A DNA stretch of 43,949 bases from Clostridiales bacterium UBA1779 (GCA_002314565.1 DCGL01000010.1:1-43949); one strand, 5' to 3'; numbered from the stretch's first letter, positions 1-10,896 are shown. Numbers and translations: made by a program. Notes: a model not told the origin generated them from the letters alone.

Positions 1-75
1 AATGCCGGTGCAGGCGACCAGGGCGGAAATAACGGCGGAACGTATGACGCCGATTACACCGATAACAATAAATAA
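1..75 (+). CDS. dnaK: C-terminal end of chaperone DnaK (partial, runs off the 5' edge)
   Basis: Frame 1 is open from the window edge to TAA at 73-75. The tail NAGAGDQGGNNGGTYDADYTDNNK is Gly/Asn/Asp-rich and acidic, like Hsp70 C-termini. It lies directly upstream of dnaJ. Confidence 0.55.
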   Translation, partial: NAGAGDQGGNNGGTYDADYTDNNK

Positions 76-210
76 TAATTCAAACGGCTGAAACGGCGCA
101 TTTCCGCCGTGAGGCATCTCGGCGTATAACTCATACGCCATCGACGCCTTCCCGACGAAACTGCATCCGTTTCACCTTGTTTGAGTAATAATAATTCAAA
201 CGGCTGAAAA
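70..210. repeat. Pair of about 23-nt direct repeats (AATAATAATTCAAACGGCTGAAA) at 70-92 and 187-209, each followed by a hairpin
   Basis: Read directly in the sequence. The first copy spans the dnaK stop codon. Hairpins follow at about 93-108, 203-224 and 239-266 (AGGCGACGC...GCGTCGCCT). Confidence 0.8.
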
Positions 211-295
211 GGCGGCTTTTCAGCACACCGACCCAATAAGGCGACGCTGCTTTTGCGGCGTCGCCTATAGGTCATTATAAAGGAGCCACATTTTT

Positions 296-1429
296 ATGGC
301 AGAGAATAAAAGAGACTGTTACGAGGTGCTCGGTGTTGACCGCAGTGCCGATGAAGAAACAATAAAAAAAGCTTACCGCGCGATGGCAAAAAAATATCAT
401 CCGGACCTTCATCCGAATGACAAGGATGCCGAGGCAAAGTTCAAAGAGGTAAACGATGCATACTCAATTCTGTCCGACCCTCAGAAAAAGGCAGCGTACG
501 ACCAGTACGGTCACGCAGCATTCGAGCAGGGCGGTATGGGAGGCGGTGCCGGTCAGGGCTTCGGCGGCTTCGGTGATTTCGGTGACATAGGCGATATTTT
601 CGGCAGCTTCTTCGGCGGAGGCTTCGGAGGCGGCGGAAGCCGCAAAAACGCCCCACGCCGCGGTGACGATATAGGTCAGAGAGTGACCGTTTCCTTCCGT
701 GAAGCGGCCGCAGGCGTAAAAAAGAACGTAAGCTACAACAGAGTCTGCAGCTGCGAAGACTGCCGCGGAAGCGGTTCCAAAGACGGAAGCGTTGAAAGAT
801 GCTCCGTATGCGGCGGAACCGGTCAGAAGCGCGTTATGCAGCGCCTTGGCGGTATGCAGTTCCAGTCAACCGTCACCTGCGATGCCTGCCAGGGAAAGGG
901 AAAGGTGATAAAGAATCCCTGCCCCACCTGCCGCGGAAGCGGATTCGTCAGAAAGAGAGAATCCCTTGACGTCACAATCCCCGCAGGAATTGATGACGGT
1001 AACAATATGAGAATCGGCGGAAAGGGAAATGCCGGAGCAAACGGCGGCGAAGCCGGTGACCTCTTCGTTGAAGTCAGAGTCGAACGCGACGAAGTATTTG
1101 AAAGAGAGGGTACGACGCTGCTCTGCAACGTTCCGATTACCATCACCGAAGCGACCCTCGGTGCCGAAATTCAGATTCCCACGCTTGACGGACCGAAATC
1201 GTTTACAATTCCCGAAGGAACGCAGAACGGCACGAAGTTTACCATGCGCGGTCTGGGACTTCAGGACATTCGTTCAAAGCGCGTAGGTGACCTTGTGTTT
1301 ACGGTAAACGTCGAAATACCGCGCAGTCTGAACTCAAAACAAAAGCAGATTCTGCGCGATTTTGCCGAAGCTTCGGGTGAAGGCAATTATTCAAAGAAAA
1401 AGCTTTTCTCCAAATTCTTCAAGAACTGA
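296..1429 (+). CDS. dnaJ: Co-chaperone DnaJ (Hsp40)
   Basis: J-domain with HPD (KKYHPDLHP), a G/F-rich linker, and four CxxCxGxG zinc-finger repeats (CEDCRGSG, CSVCGGTG, CDACQGKG, CPTCRGSG). SD AAAGGAG lies upstream. Confidence 0.97.
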   Translation: MAENKRDCYEVLGVDRSADEETIKKAYRAMAKKYHPDLHPNDKDAEAKFKEVNDAYSILSDPQKKAAYDQYGHAAFEQGGMGGGAGQGFGGFGDFGDIGDIFGSFFGGGFGGGGSRKNAPRRGDDIGQRVTVSFREAAAGVKKNVSYNRVCSCEDCRGSGSKDGSVERCSVCGGTGQKRVMQRLGGMQFQSTVTCDACQGKGKVIKNPCPTCRGSGFVRKRESLDVTIPAGIDDGNNMRIGGKGNAGANGGEAGDLFVEVRVERDEVFEREGTTLLCNVPITITEATLGAEIQIPTLDGPKSFTIPEGTQNGTKFTMRGLGLQDIRSKRVGDLVFTVNVEIPRSLNSKQKQILRDFAEASGEGNYSKKKLFSKFFKN

Positions 1430-1440
1430 GCAGGGCAGCG

Positions 1441-2364
1441 ATGAACTACGAATATTCGGAATGGACACAGATAAGGGTTACAGTCAAAACGCCCTTTCTT
1501 GACCGTCTGACGGCCATTATGAGCGTTGTTGACACAAACCTTATGATAGAAGACTACAGCGATTTCAATCTTCACGGAATGTACGGCGAGCTTGCCGACG
1601 ACACTATCCTCAATGCGGACCGTACGGTGGCCAGTGTATCCGTTTTTCTTCCCGCAGAAGAAAATCCCGATAAAACTCTTTCCTTCATCCGCGACCGCAT
1701 AGCGGCCGACGGAATCGAAGCTCAGATTGCGGTTGCCGATCTCAACGAGGCTGATTGGGTCAACAACTGGAAGCAGTATTACAAGCCGCTTCACATAGGA
1801 AAGAAAACGGTAATCATTCCCAAGTGGGAAAAATACGAAGCGGCAGCCGGTGAAATCTGCGTCAGAATGGACCCGGGAATGGCCTTCGGAACCGGTTCGC
1901 ACGAAACGACCAGAAGCATAATCGAGATGCTCGAAGAAAACGTAAAGCCGGGTGACAGCGTGCTTGACGTCGGAACCGGAAGCGGAATTCTCGGCATCTG
2001 TGCCATGAAACTCGGCGGCATCAGCTGCTGTGCATACGATATCGCCCCTATTGCCGTTGAAGTGGCTGAAGAAAACTTTGCGGAAAACGGAATCAGCTCC
2101 GGCGTTGAATGCGGGGTATCGGACCTGCTTGCAGGGGTAAAACAGGGAAAATACGATATCATCTGTGCCAATATAGTTGCAGATATCATCATCAGAATGC
2201 TGCCTGATATTTCAGTATTTATGAATGAAGGCACGAGACTCTTCCTGTCGGGAATCATTTCCGAAAGATGTGACGAGGTCTGCCGTGCCGTGACCGAAAA
2301 CAGCCTTAAGGTCTGTGAAATCCGTACGAATAACGGATGGGCGGCAATAAAAGTATCCCTTTAA
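1441..2364 (+). CDS. prmA: Ribosomal protein L11 methyltransferase
   Basis: Has the PrmA layout with SAM motif VLDVGTGSGILGI and FGTGSHETT, in the canonical position after dnaJ. Confidence 0.9.
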   Translation: MNYEYSEWTQIRVTVKTPFLDRLTAIMSVVDTNLMIEDYSDFNLHGMYGELADDTILNADRTVASVSVFLPAEENPDKTLSFIRDRIAADGIEAQIAVADLNEADWVNNWKQYYKPLHIGKKTVIIPKWEKYEAAAGEICVRMDPGMAFGTGSHETTRSIIEMLEENVKPGDSVLDVGTGSGILGICAMKLGGISCCAYDIAPIAVEVAEENFAENGISSGVECGVSDLLAGVKQGKYDIICANIVADIIIRMLPDISVFMNEGTRLFLSGIISERCDEVCRAVTENSLKVCEIRTNNGWAAIKVSL

Positions 2365-2370
2365 TCGTTG

Positions 2371-2397
2371 AAAAAGAGCATTGCGCATACTCTTTTT
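2371..2397 (+). terminator. Putative intrinsic terminator after prmA
   Basis: AAAAAGAG ... CTCTTTTT stem with an 11-nt loop and a T-run. Confidence 0.45.
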
Positions 2398-2539
2398 ACA
2401 GTCGGGATTCAAAAATGAAATATCGCTGCAGAAGAGTAATCAAATTTCAACACAAAAGCGTATAAAAGCATAAAAGCAATATTTACAAATAATGAATCTA
2501 AGAAAGGATGCGCCCCGGGCGGGGTGCTGTACCGTAAAA

Positions 2540-3265
2540 ATGGAAAAGACATTCAAAAAACGTTTTATCATTGTATCAGGACCTGTCGGAAGCGGCAAGA
2601 CCACACTGGCTCTCAATATAGCCAAGAACAGCGGCAATTGCTTCTATTTCGATAAGGACGACCTGGTCCCCACCTCCTGCGCCACCTTCCGCGCCGTTGA
2701 CACCCTGCTTCCCAAGGATGCAGAGATAGGCTACAACCGCAGCGAAATCGCCCTGTGCGACCGTCACAGCCAGTTCTTCAGGGACTTCATCAGAAACCCC
2801 GAGTACGATTCCTCCCGTGATATCATCATCAAGGGCATTCAGTTCTCAAATCTCGTCGTCGTAAACGCACCCTATACCTCTGAACTTAGGAAAGAGGCCG
2901 ATTGCAAATGCCTCGCATTTGATACCTTCCACAAGTTCTTCGAGAAGGAAGACTGCGAATTTATGGTCGTTTTCGTACACGTTGACAAAGAAGAGCTTAA
3001 GAGAAGACTTTTGAACAGAAAAGCTGAAGATCCTCAGGCTGCTCTTCGCGATCCGAACGTATACACTGACATTGACGCCTATCTTGAACAGGAAAACGTC
3101 GAGCCTCCCATCAAGGTTGAATCAACAAAGAACATCGACCGTTTCTTCGTATTCGACGCCATGAACGACACCGTCCGCGACGAATCCTACGCAAAGCTTA
3201 TGAAGGTTCTCGGCATCGAAAACTACGAACCCTACAACCGCAAAATCGAAGTAAACAGAGTATAA
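2540..3265 (+). CDS. P-loop NTPase / small-molecule-kinase-like ATP-binding protein, function unknown
   Basis: Walker A GPVGSGKTT lies 12 aa after the internal ATG at 2540. The upstream ORF extension from 2492 looks non-coding and contains a GC hairpin at 2510-2527. Size and layout resemble nucleotide/antibiotic-kinase-fold proteins. Confidence 0.6.
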   Translation: MEKTFKKRFIIVSGPVGSGKTTLALNIAKNSGNCFYFDKDDLVPTSCATFRAVDTLLPKDAEIGYNRSEIALCDRHSQFFRDFIRNPEYDSSRDIIIKGIQFSNLVVVNAPYTSELRKEADCKCLAFDTFHKFFEKEDCEFMVVFVHVDKEELKRRLLNRKAEDPQAALRDPNVYTDIDAYLEQENVEPPIKVESTKNIDRFFVFDAMNDTVRDESYAKLMKVLGIENYEPYNRKIEVNRV

Positions 3266-3270
3266 AACGT

Positions 3271-3320
3271 AAAAAACGTCCGTACGGAAAGGTATTATAG
3301 CCATTCCGTACGGGCGTTTT
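3271..3320. terminator. Bidirectional intrinsic terminator between convergent genes
   Basis: 13-bp stem CGTCCGTACGGAA / TTCCGTACGGGCG (3277-3289 / 3304-3316), flanked by an A-run and a T-run. Confidence 0.75.
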
Positions 3321-3328
3321 CGTTCGTT

Positions 3329-4912
3329 TTATTCAACGGTAAGCGGATATTTCACTATTTTTTCAATTGCCGCAGCCACTTCTTCAGAATAATTCATTAC
3401 GTTTCCGTTGTCGTTGATAAGGAATAGACGCACTGAAGCCCAGATGCTGAAAACAAGAAAAACGCAGAGAAGAGCGTACAGCTGATATGAAGCCGCTCTG
3501 CGCGAAATCAATGAAGACGAAGACAGATTGCCGCCGGATTCGATGAGCGCATCAGTGGACTCTCTCGGACGGTTACAGAGTACGACGAGGGCTGCCATTC
3601 CGAAGAATGACATAATGAATGAGAAATCTGAAAGATATCTGTATATGACACCGCCGAGACAAAAATCCAAAAGCGGTATGATTAAGCAGGCTGCAGATGC
3701 CGCTGAAAACATCAGCTTCCTGGACAGCTTTTCCCTGTGAGAGAATATCAGAGCAGGCGACGCGAATATACCCCAGCACAGAGGAACGGACAACATTCCG
3801 AAGCCGGCATCCCTGTAGAGATAATGACCGTAATTTGAGAATTTGACGTAGCTGAAGCTTATATACGGATAAGTATCTGATTTTGCCGGGAAATCTCCGA
3901 GATAGTGATAAAGTGCAAAGGGAAGGTCGGAAAGACGGACCTTATAAGTGCTCGTATCGGCGATTGTCAGATTGTAATTGCTTCCGAAATCAAGCGGACC
4001 CGAAAAGCGCATTGCATTGAAAATCATTGACCCCGTGAAGAACAGTGCAACGGGGATTCCCAGCGCACAAAGCTCGGTCAATATTTCAATGATTTTGGAA
4101 CGTCTTTCGCCCCTGCGTTCTCTTCCGATAATGAAGAACCACAGTCCCGGCAGAACGAGAATTGCCGCGGCGACGGCAGTTACGACTCTTGCCTGGAACA
4201 AAAGGCCGAAGGAAATACCCGCAAGCACGTAAAGAACGGTTCTTGCGACTCTGTTTCCTGCTGAATAAGCGGCAATAGAGAGATAAACGAAGACCGAGAA
4301 AAAAGCAAGGGCAGCTGCGCAGGGAATATAGTAAAACGGGGTTCTTCCACGGGCAATCAGCATAATAAGCGATGACCAGAATACTGCGGGGCCTGCGAAC
4401 AGGGTTACGAAATGCGGGGTCTTCGGGGCAAATTTCCATATCCATGCAATGACCGCAAGGGGCATAAAAATCGCGGCAATGAAAGCGAATACGGTCATAA
4501 CCGTTCCGGTTCCCGGAAGACTGCCGGTGAGCAGGTAATATGGATAATAGACGGTCAGTATCGGTGTGATTCCGAAGTAACAGTAGTATTTTCCTTCGTA
4601 ATATGCTCTGTCAAAAAGGTAAAAAATACCGCTTTTCGTGCGTTCATTGTAATCGTATACGTTTTCAAGCTCGTCAAGGCGCGGGTCCTGCTCATAATCG
4701 ATGTAAACCTGACCTTTTTCAAGGGCGTCAAACTGCTGAATATACGGGTCGTATGCCGTTATGCTGTCATCAAGTGGATATGCGACCGGGTCCTTGTTCT
4801 GCACAATGTTCCTGCTGAAGAACAGAACGGCCATAAGACAGAGAAGCACCGCGATAAGAGCGGTGCCGGTCTGTGAAATCAAATCAAGATTCTTTTTCGT
4901 TCTTTGCTTCAT
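3329..4912 (-). CDS. Polytopic integral membrane protein, possible GT-C-fold glycosyltransferase
   Basis: Many hydrophobic segments of about 20 aa, with a large first extracytoplasmic loop rich in D/E/Y ([37 protein letters not shown]). Start taken at the internal ATG 4912, which has SD GAAGGAA. It overlaps the upstream gene end by 29 nt. Confidence 0.45.
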   Translation of the reverse strand: MKQRTKKNLDLISQTGTALIAVLLCLMAVLFFSRNIVQNKDPVAYPLDDSITAYDPYIQQFDALEKGQVYIDYEQDPRLDELENVYDYNERTKSGIFYLFDRAYYEGKYYCYFGITPILTVYYPYYLLTGSLPGTGTVMTVFAFIAAIFMPLAVIAWIWKFAPKTPHFVTLFAGPAVFWSSLIMLIARGRTPFYYIPCAAALAFFSVFVYLSIAAYSAGNRVARTVLYVLAGISFGLLFQARVVTAVAAAILVLPGLWFFIIGRERRGERRSKIIEILTELCALGIPVALFFTGSMIFNAMRFSGPLDFGSNYNLTIADTSTYKVRLSDLPFALYHYLGDFPAKSDTYPYISFSYVKFSNYGHYLYRDAGFGMLSVPLCWGIFASPALIFSHREKLSRKLMFSAASAACLIIPLLDFCLGGVIYRYLSDFSFIMSFFGMAALVVLCNRPRESTDALIESGGNLSSSSLISRRAASYQLYALLCVFLVFSIWASVRLFLINDNGNVMNYSEEVAAAIEKIVKYPLTVE

Positions 4913-6452
4913 GGTATTCCTTCTCGGTATTGACACCCCAGACGTCCGTTTTGTCAACGGAACCTGCGGCAACCGCTCTTACGGCTTCAACAGCCGTAAG
5001 CATTGAGTGGTCCATGTTGTTGTATCTGTGCTGACCGTTGCGGCCGAGGCACCAGAGGTTTGGAATGGCAGAGAGCCAGTCCTTGAGTTTGTCAAATTCA
5101 GCATAGGTGTCAAAGTATGCGGGATACGCCTTCTTAACCTTTAGGCGAACGGCATCACGGACGTCTGCGGGACTGTCTATGGCGCCAACCTGTGCGAGCT
5201 CCTTCTTTGCAAACTCGATAAATTCCTCATCTGACATATTCCAGTACTTGTCGCCTTCATTGCAGAAATACTCAAGGCCGACCCAGACCGAATGTTCGGG
5301 GTCTGCAACGAGGTAAGGAGACCAGTTGTTGTATATCTGAAGTCTTCCGAGTTTTACGTCTCTGTCCTGAATGTAAATCCAGCAGTCCGGAACGTCGCCG
5401 GTGAGCGTTTTGAATTTGGTTTTGTTTTCAAGTTTGAGCTTGTCTACGAGCATACCGACCGTCTGATAATCGCGGTAGGGAAGTCCCTTCGCAATTCTCA
5501 TCTGTTCAGCCGGAACTGCGGAGCCCATTCCCATAACAAGGTCCCTGACCGGCATGGTTGAGAAGAATTCGTCCGCCTCAAAAACGTCTCCGGATGCTGT
5601 TTTAACCGACTTGATTCTGCCGCCTTCAAGATTGATTCCCGTGACCTTGCAGTTCATATATAGCTGTCCGCCCATCTTGCAGATGTCGGCTGCAAGGTAT
5701 TCCCAGAGCTGACCCGGACCTTTTTTCGGGTAATAATACTCTTCGATGAGCGAGGTTTCGCGTTTTTCCTTGGGAGTGAAGGGCTTGCCCACGATGTTCC
5801 ACACAGCCTTCCACAGTGACAGTCCCTTTACGCGCTGGGCACCCCAGTCGGCGGAAATTTCGGAAGGGTGTCTGCCCCAGAGATTTTCTGTATAGTATTC
5901 AAAGAACATCTCGTACAGCGGACGGCCGAAACGGTTGATATAGAAATTTTCAAGCGAATTCTCGGGCTTTTTGACAATCATTGCGCCGAGATATCCAAAA
6001 CCTGATTTCACCGTTCTTTTGAAGCCCATATTCCGGAAGGTTTCCGGCTTCATCGAAATGGGATAATCGAAAAACTTGTTCAGAAAGTAAATTCTCGAAA
6101 TTCTGCGGCGCAGAAGAAAGACTCTGTCTGCCTTTTCGGGATCCGGTCCGTCCGGATTCAGAGCTTTTTCATAACCGAGGATTTTATCGTCAAGGGAAGC
6201 AGCCCCCTGAAGGGGCATCAGCTCCTGCCACAGGGCATTGACTTCGGCATTCTTTGAGAAGAAACGGTGACCGCCGAGATCCATACGGTTTCCGTGATAT
6301 TCGTGAGTGCGGGCGATTCCTCCGATATAGGAGCTCTCTTCAAGAATTATCGGCTTTATATCCGTTTCCTTGAGCAGCTTATAGGCGGCGGTCAGTCCTG
6401 CGGGACCTGCGCCGATGATTATTGCGGTTTTCTGATTGTTTTCGTTTTCCAT
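4884..6452 (-). CDS. FAD/NAD(P)-binding oxidoreductase (amine-oxidase / UDP-galactopyranose-mutase-like fold)
   Basis: N-terminal Rossmann dinucleotide motif [15 protein letters not shown] followed by EES..GG. The ATG at 6452 is preferred over the TTG at 6512, but the start is ambiguous. Confidence 0.6.
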   Translation of the reverse strand: MENENNQKTAIIIGAGPAGLTAAYKLLKETDIKPIILEESSYIGGIARTHEYHGNRMDLGGHRFFSKNAEVNALWQELMPLQGAASLDDKILGYEKALNPDGPDPEKADRVFLLRRRISRIYFLNKFFDYPISMKPETFRNMGFKRTVKSGFGYLGAMIVKKPENSLENFYINRFGRPLYEMFFEYYTENLWGRHPSEISADWGAQRVKGLSLWKAVWNIVGKPFTPKEKRETSLIEEYYYPKKGPGQLWEYLAADICKMGGQLYMNCKVTGINLEGGRIKSVKTASGDVFEADEFFSTMPVRDLVMGMGSAVPAEQMRIAKGLPYRDYQTVGMLVDKLKLENKTKFKTLTGDVPDCWIYIQDRDVKLGRLQIYNNWSPYLVADPEHSVWVGLEYFCNEGDKYWNMSDEEFIEFAKKELAQVGAIDSPADVRDAVRLKVKKAYPAYFDTYAEFDKLKDWLSAIPNLWCLGRNGQHRYNNMDHSMLTAVEAVRAVAAGSVDKTDVWGVNTEKEYHEAKNEKES

Positions 6453-6614
6453 AATTTCAAATGCGGCTTCCTTTTCCGGAACCGTCCTTTCATTTCGGAA
6501 ATAATTATTCAATCTAATTATACAATAGACTGTGATTTATGTCAAGAATTTGCTTGCAAGTCTTAATAGAAAATGATATACTATTAGTGATAATATATAA
6601 GGAGTATCGTTTTT

Positions 6615-7304
6615 ATGTCCGACAAGGTCCGCGGGGTTCTGTTTGATTTCAACGGAACCATGATGTACGATTCACCGATTCACGAGTCGGTGTGGCTTGA
6701 TTTCATTCCCGAACACGGTGGTGTCATCGGAAGCCCTGAAGAATACGCAAAACACATTTTCGGCTGTTCAAACCGCCACATTCTCACTCACTTTCTGTCC
6801 GGCCTTTCCGAGGAAGACATAGCCCGCTATACCTATGAGAAGGAGGCCGAATACCGCCGTCGCTGCGCCCTCGACGATAAGGTTTTCCGTCTCGTTGACG
6901 GCCTAACCGAATTTCTCGATGCACTCAAAGCAAAGGCATATCCTATGACGATTGCCACAGGTTCCGAGCGTCTCAACGTGGAATTCTATTTTTCCAGCCC
7001 TAAGCTCGGCCTCAAGCGCTGGTTCGACTTCGATAAAGTCGTCTATGACGACGACACGTTCCCCGGCAAGCCTGCTCCGGACGTATATCTGAAGGCTGCC
7101 GCAAAGATCGGCATCGACTGCCGTGACTGCATAGTTTTCGAAGACTCGTTCTCGGGCGTACGTTCGGCCCGTGCCGCAGGCGCAAAATACGTAGTTGCTC
7201 TCGGAAAAGGAGCACGAAAAGAGAAGTTCGATGAATTCGGCGGAGTTGATGCCGCTGTGGAAGATTTCCGTGACTTTATGAGCTTCCCGGGACTTGAGCT
7301 GTGA
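6615..7304 (+). CDS. HAD-superfamily hydrolase (beta-phosphoglucomutase-like subfamily IA)
   Basis: HAD motif I variant LFDFNGTM, motif II TGS, and motif IV FEDSFSGVRSA. SD TAAGGAG upstream. Confidence 0.8.
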   Translation: MSDKVRGVLFDFNGTMMYDSPIHESVWLDFIPEHGGVIGSPEEYAKHIFGCSNRHILTHFLSGLSEEDIARYTYEKEAEYRRRCALDDKVFRLVDGLTEFLDALKAKAYPMTIATGSERLNVEFYFSSPKLGLKRWFDFDKVVYDDDTFPGKPAPDVYLKAAAKIGIDCRDCIVFEDSFSGVRSARAAGAKYVVALGKGARKEKFDEFGGVDAAVEDFRDFMSFPGLEL

Positions 7305-7532
7305 AAAGTCGAAACTTTGTTTCCCGGGACTTGAATTGTGATTATTCATTCACGAGTCTTTCCTTTTCAGCCTGATTTGCGGAAAAACACCGGTTCAGAT
7401 TTGATTTTGTCTCTTATCTGATGTTCTGACGGCTGTGATGCGTATATGTATTATGGGCTTATTGGTTTTGCTTCATAATTTATTGAATTAATTGTATTTG
7501 CATAATATTACTTGAAGAAAGGATTGATAACA

Positions 7533-8192
7533 ATGGAACTCAAAGAAATACTGTGCCGCTGCGATCACACGCTTCTTGCCCAGACTTCAACCTGGGAGCA
7601 GATCCGTGCAATATGCGACGACGGAATGAAATACGGAACGGCTTCGGTCTGCATTCCGCCCTGTTTCGTTAAGAAGGCAAAGGAATACGTCGATGTAAAG
7701 CTGAAAATCTGCACGGTTATCGGCTTCCCGAACGGTTATAACACGACAGCCGTCAAGGTTTTTGAAACCGAAGATGCCGTGAATGCCGGTGCCGATGAAA
7801 TCGATATGGTAATAAACGTCGGTATGCTCAAAGAGGGCAGAGACGCAGAGGTGCAGGCGGAAATCAGTGCAATAAAGGCAGCCTGCCGCGGAAAGCTTCT
7901 CAAGGTCATTATCGAGACCTGCCTGCTTACCGATGAAGAGAAAATAAGAATGTGCCGCATCGTAACCGATGCGGGAGCCGATTACATCAAGACCTCAACA
8001 GGCTTTTCCACCGGAGGAGCCACACGCGAGGACGTAAAGCTTATGCGTGAGCATGTCGGCAAGGACGTAAAGGTCAAGGCCGCCGGCGGAATCTCAAACC
8101 TTCAGGATGCTGAAGACTTCATAAATCTCGGAGCCGACCGTCTCGGAACCAGCCGTGTTGTCAAGGCCGTCAAGGCTATGGAAACGAAATAA
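7533..8192 (+). CDS. deoC: Deoxyribose-phosphate aldolase
   Basis: DeoC signatures [22 protein letters not shown] (Schiff-base Lys) and VKAAGGI. The ATG at 7533 has SD GAAAGGA 10 nt upstream. Confidence 0.93.
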   Translation: MELKEILCRCDHTLLAQTSTWEQIRAICDDGMKYGTASVCIPPCFVKKAKEYVDVKLKICTVIGFPNGYNTTAVKVFETEDAVNAGADEIDMVINVGMLKEGRDAEVQAEISAIKAACRGKLLKVIIETCLLTDEEKIRMCRIVTDAGADYIKTSTGFSTGGATREDVKLMREHVGKDVKVKAAGGISNLQDAEDFINLGADRLGTSRVVKAVKAMETK

Positions 8193-8341
8193 ACGCAGCC
8201 TTTCGTTTTCTCAGTCAATCATCAGCTGCCGCCGGGGAACCGTTTCTGAAAACTCAACACTGTCAAGCCGAAATGATTCTCTGACGAAGATACAGACAAT
8301 AAATATGAAAGGAAAGCAGACTTGTCTGCAAGGAAAAGAAA

Positions 8342-9055
8342 ATGCCGATTCCAACCCCGCATATCTCCGCAAAAGCCGGAGATTTTGCCAAAACCGTCAT
8401 TATGCCGGGAGACCCCCTGCGTTCAAAATTCATAGCCGAGCATTTCTTTGAGAATGCCGTCCTTGTTAACAACGTAAGAGGCGTTCAGGGATACACCGGC
8501 TACTACAAGGGAAAGAGAGTGTCGGTTATGGCCTCCGGCATGGGACAGCCTGCCATAGGCATATACTCATACGAGCTTTTCAACTTTTATGACGTTTCAT
8601 CAATAATTCGTACGGGCTCCTGCGGAAGCTTCTCAAAGGATTTGCACGTACGCGACATCATTCTGGCACAGGCCTCCTGCACTAACGGAAATTATGCAGC
8701 CCAGTACTGCCTGCCCGGAACCTATGCGCCTATCGCCGATTTCGGTATGTTGCGTGCAGCCGCCGACGAATGCGAAAAGAAGGGCATCCGTTACGGTGTC
8801 GGCAACATCTTCTCATCCGATATGTTCTACGACGATGCCGCTTCCGGTATGGATTGGGCAAAGATGGGGGTTCTCGGCGTGGAAATGGAAAGCGCCGCCC
8901 TGTACTGCAACGCAGCAAGAGCCGGGAAAAAGGCACTTACAATCTGCACCGTCAGCGATTCGTTCATTTATCCGGAAGAGAATACGACGGCCGAAGAACG
9001 TCAGAACAGCTTCACCGATATGATGGAGATTGCTCTGGAAATTGCCGAGGCTTAA
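8342..9055 (+). CDS. deoD: Purine nucleoside phosphorylase, DeoD type
   Basis: N-terminus MPIPTPHISAKAGDFAKTVIMPGDPLR and GVEMESAAL are typical of hexameric PNP. Confidence 0.93.
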   Translation: MPIPTPHISAKAGDFAKTVIMPGDPLRSKFIAEHFFENAVLVNNVRGVQGYTGYYKGKRVSVMASGMGQPAIGIYSYELFNFYDVSSIIRTGSCGSFSKDLHVRDIILAQASCTNGNYAAQYCLPGTYAPIADFGMLRAAADECEKKGIRYGVGNIFSSDMFYDDAASGMDWAKMGVLGVEMESAALYCNAARAGKKALTICTVSDSFIYPEENTTAEERQNSFTDMMEIALEIAEA

Positions 9056-9163
9056 CGGATACAGCATACTTTGTTCCGGAACCCCGGCGTAAGTCAGGGC
9101 TGCTTTGGAACGGATACCTGCGTCAGCTGTGCTGGCGCTTCACAAATTTACTGTAATATAAAA

Positions 9164-10756
9164 ATGAAAAGAGTATTTGTTATCGTACTTGACAGCTTCG
9201 GTGTCGGGGAAGCACCGGACGCTTACAAATGGGGCGATGAGGGCTCAAATACCCTGGGGGCTATCAGAAATCATCCGAATTTCGACTGTCCCAACTTAAA
9301 GCGCCTCGGTTTGTTCAATATTGACGGCGTTGGCGGGGGTGTTGAATATCCTCTTGCAAGCTATTGCCGCCTTGAAGAAATTTCCAGCGGCAAGGACACG
9401 ACCACCGGTCACTGGGAAATAGCCGGACTTGTGTCGGAACAGCCGTTCCCGACGTATCCTGACGGCTTTCCCGCGGACGTCCTTGACGAATTTACCCGTC
9501 TTACCGGTCGCGGTGTTCTGTGCAATCTGCCGTATTCGGGTACGGAGGTCATAAAAGACTATGGACGTGAGCACGTTGAAACGGGGAAGCTGATAGTATA
9601 TACCTCAGCGGACAGCGTTTTTCAGATTGCGGCTCACGAAGACGTGGTTCCGGTCGACGAGCTTTACCGCTATTGCGAGCTGGCGCGCAAGATGCTTCAG
9701 GGGAAGCACGGCGTCGGCCGCGTGATTGCCCGTCCGTTTACAGGGGAATGGCCGTATACGCGCACTCCGCGCCGCCACGACTTTTCTCTGGTACCGCCGA
9801 AAACTACTATGCTGGACAGCCTGTCTGCTTCCGGCTACGACGTTGTGACCGTCGGAAAAATCTACGATATTTTTGCCGGAAAGGGAATATCCCCTGATGA
9901 ATGCCGACGTACGCAGAACAACGCGGAAGGTATGAAGCTGACCTCAGAGCTCGCAGACCGTGACTTCAACGGTCTGTGCTTCGTAAACCTCGTTGATTTC
10001 GATATGACCTACGGTCACCGAAACGACGTTCCCGGCTACGCCCGTGCGGCTGCCGAGTTTGATCGCTGGCTCGGAACGTTTCTTCCGAAGCTCGGGAAAG
10101 AAGACTGCTTGCTTATCACGGCCGATCACGGCTGCGACCCGGCAACCCCTTCAACCGATCATTCCAGAGAATATATTCCTATGTTGTTATACGGACCTTC
10201 CGTGAAGTCCGGGGTCAACCTCGGAACCAGACGCGGATTCTCGGACATTTCGGCAACGGTGCTTGACCTGCTCGGCTGTGACAGGCTTGACACGGCGGGA
10301 AACAGCTTTGCTTCATCAGTAATTGAGAAAAAGCTTGACCCACGCGTTCAGGATAAGCTTATGGATGCTGCTGTTGAAGCCCGAAGAAAAGCATATTGCC
10401 CGTATTCCGGTTTTTCCGTCGGGGCGGCGCTTATGACTGCTTCGGGAAAAATTTATACAGGCTGCAATATCGAAAACGCCGCCTTCGGTCCCGGAAACTG
10501 CGCAGAACGCACTGCAATATTCAAAGCTGTGAGCGAGGGGCACAGAAGCTTCCGCGCAATTGCAATCTGCGGCGGCAAAGCAGGCTTTGAAGCCGAAGAA
10601 ATTTGCGCCCCCTGCGGCGTGTGCCGTCAGGTTATGGCAGAATTCTGCGGTCCTGATTTTACCGTAATTCTCGGTAATTCCGAAAAATCAAAGCAATACC
10701 GTTTTGACGAAATACTGCCTCTGGCCTTTGGACCTGAAAATCTCGGTAAAAAATAA
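9164..10756 (+). CDS. deoB: Phosphopentomutase fused in frame to cytidine deaminase
   Basis: MKRVFVIVLDSFGVGEAPDA and ITADHGCDP are DeoB-like. From about nt 10330 the same frame encodes a full Cdd domain (YCPYSGFSVGAAL, CNIENAAF, CAERTAIFKA, PCGVCRQVMAEF) with no intervening stop. Confidence 0.85.
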   Translation: MKRVFVIVLDSFGVGEAPDAYKWGDEGSNTLGAIRNHPNFDCPNLKRLGLFNIDGVGGGVEYPLASYCRLEEISSGKDTTTGHWEIAGLVSEQPFPTYPDGFPADVLDEFTRLTGRGVLCNLPYSGTEVIKDYGREHVETGKLIVYTSADSVFQIAAHEDVVPVDELYRYCELARKMLQGKHGVGRVIARPFTGEWPYTRTPRRHDFSLVPPKTTMLDSLSASGYDVVTVGKIYDIFAGKGISPDECRRTQNNAEGMKLTSELADRDFNGLCFVNLVDFDMTYGHRNDVPGYARAAAEFDRWLGTFLPKLGKEDCLLITADHGCDPATPSTDHSREYIPMLLYGPSVKSGVNLGTRRGFSDISATVLDLLGCDRLDTAGNSFASSVIEKKLDPRVQDKLMDAAVEARRKAYCPYSGFSVGAALMTASGKIYTGCNIENAAFGPGNCAERTAIFKAVSEGHRSFRAIAICGGKAGFEAEEICAPCGVCRQVMAEFCGPDFTVILGNSEKSKQYRFDEILPLAFGPENLGKK

Positions 10757-10896
10757 AAATATCACAAAAAATTCATAAGCAACGGAAAAAATATTATTGA
10801 TTTTTATATTGTGATATTATATAATATATCGGTTGTATTTTTGAGTGGCGCGGAAAAGGCGAAATATGCGAATCCCGTGCCGGAAGGAACAAAAAT

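Noticed and set aside
54-275. 73-aa minus-strand ORF in the dnaK-dnaJ spacer
   Set aside because: It spans hairpins and direct repeats, is Arg-rich, and has no SD. The spacer is more plausibly structured intercistronic RNA.
9071-9163. TTG-initiated 31-aa extension of deoB
   Set aside because: The canonical DeoB N-terminus MKRVFVIVLDSFG begins at ATG 9164, and the extension is Cys/Gly-rich with no homology expectation. No good SD exists for either start, so the boundary remains slightly uncertain.
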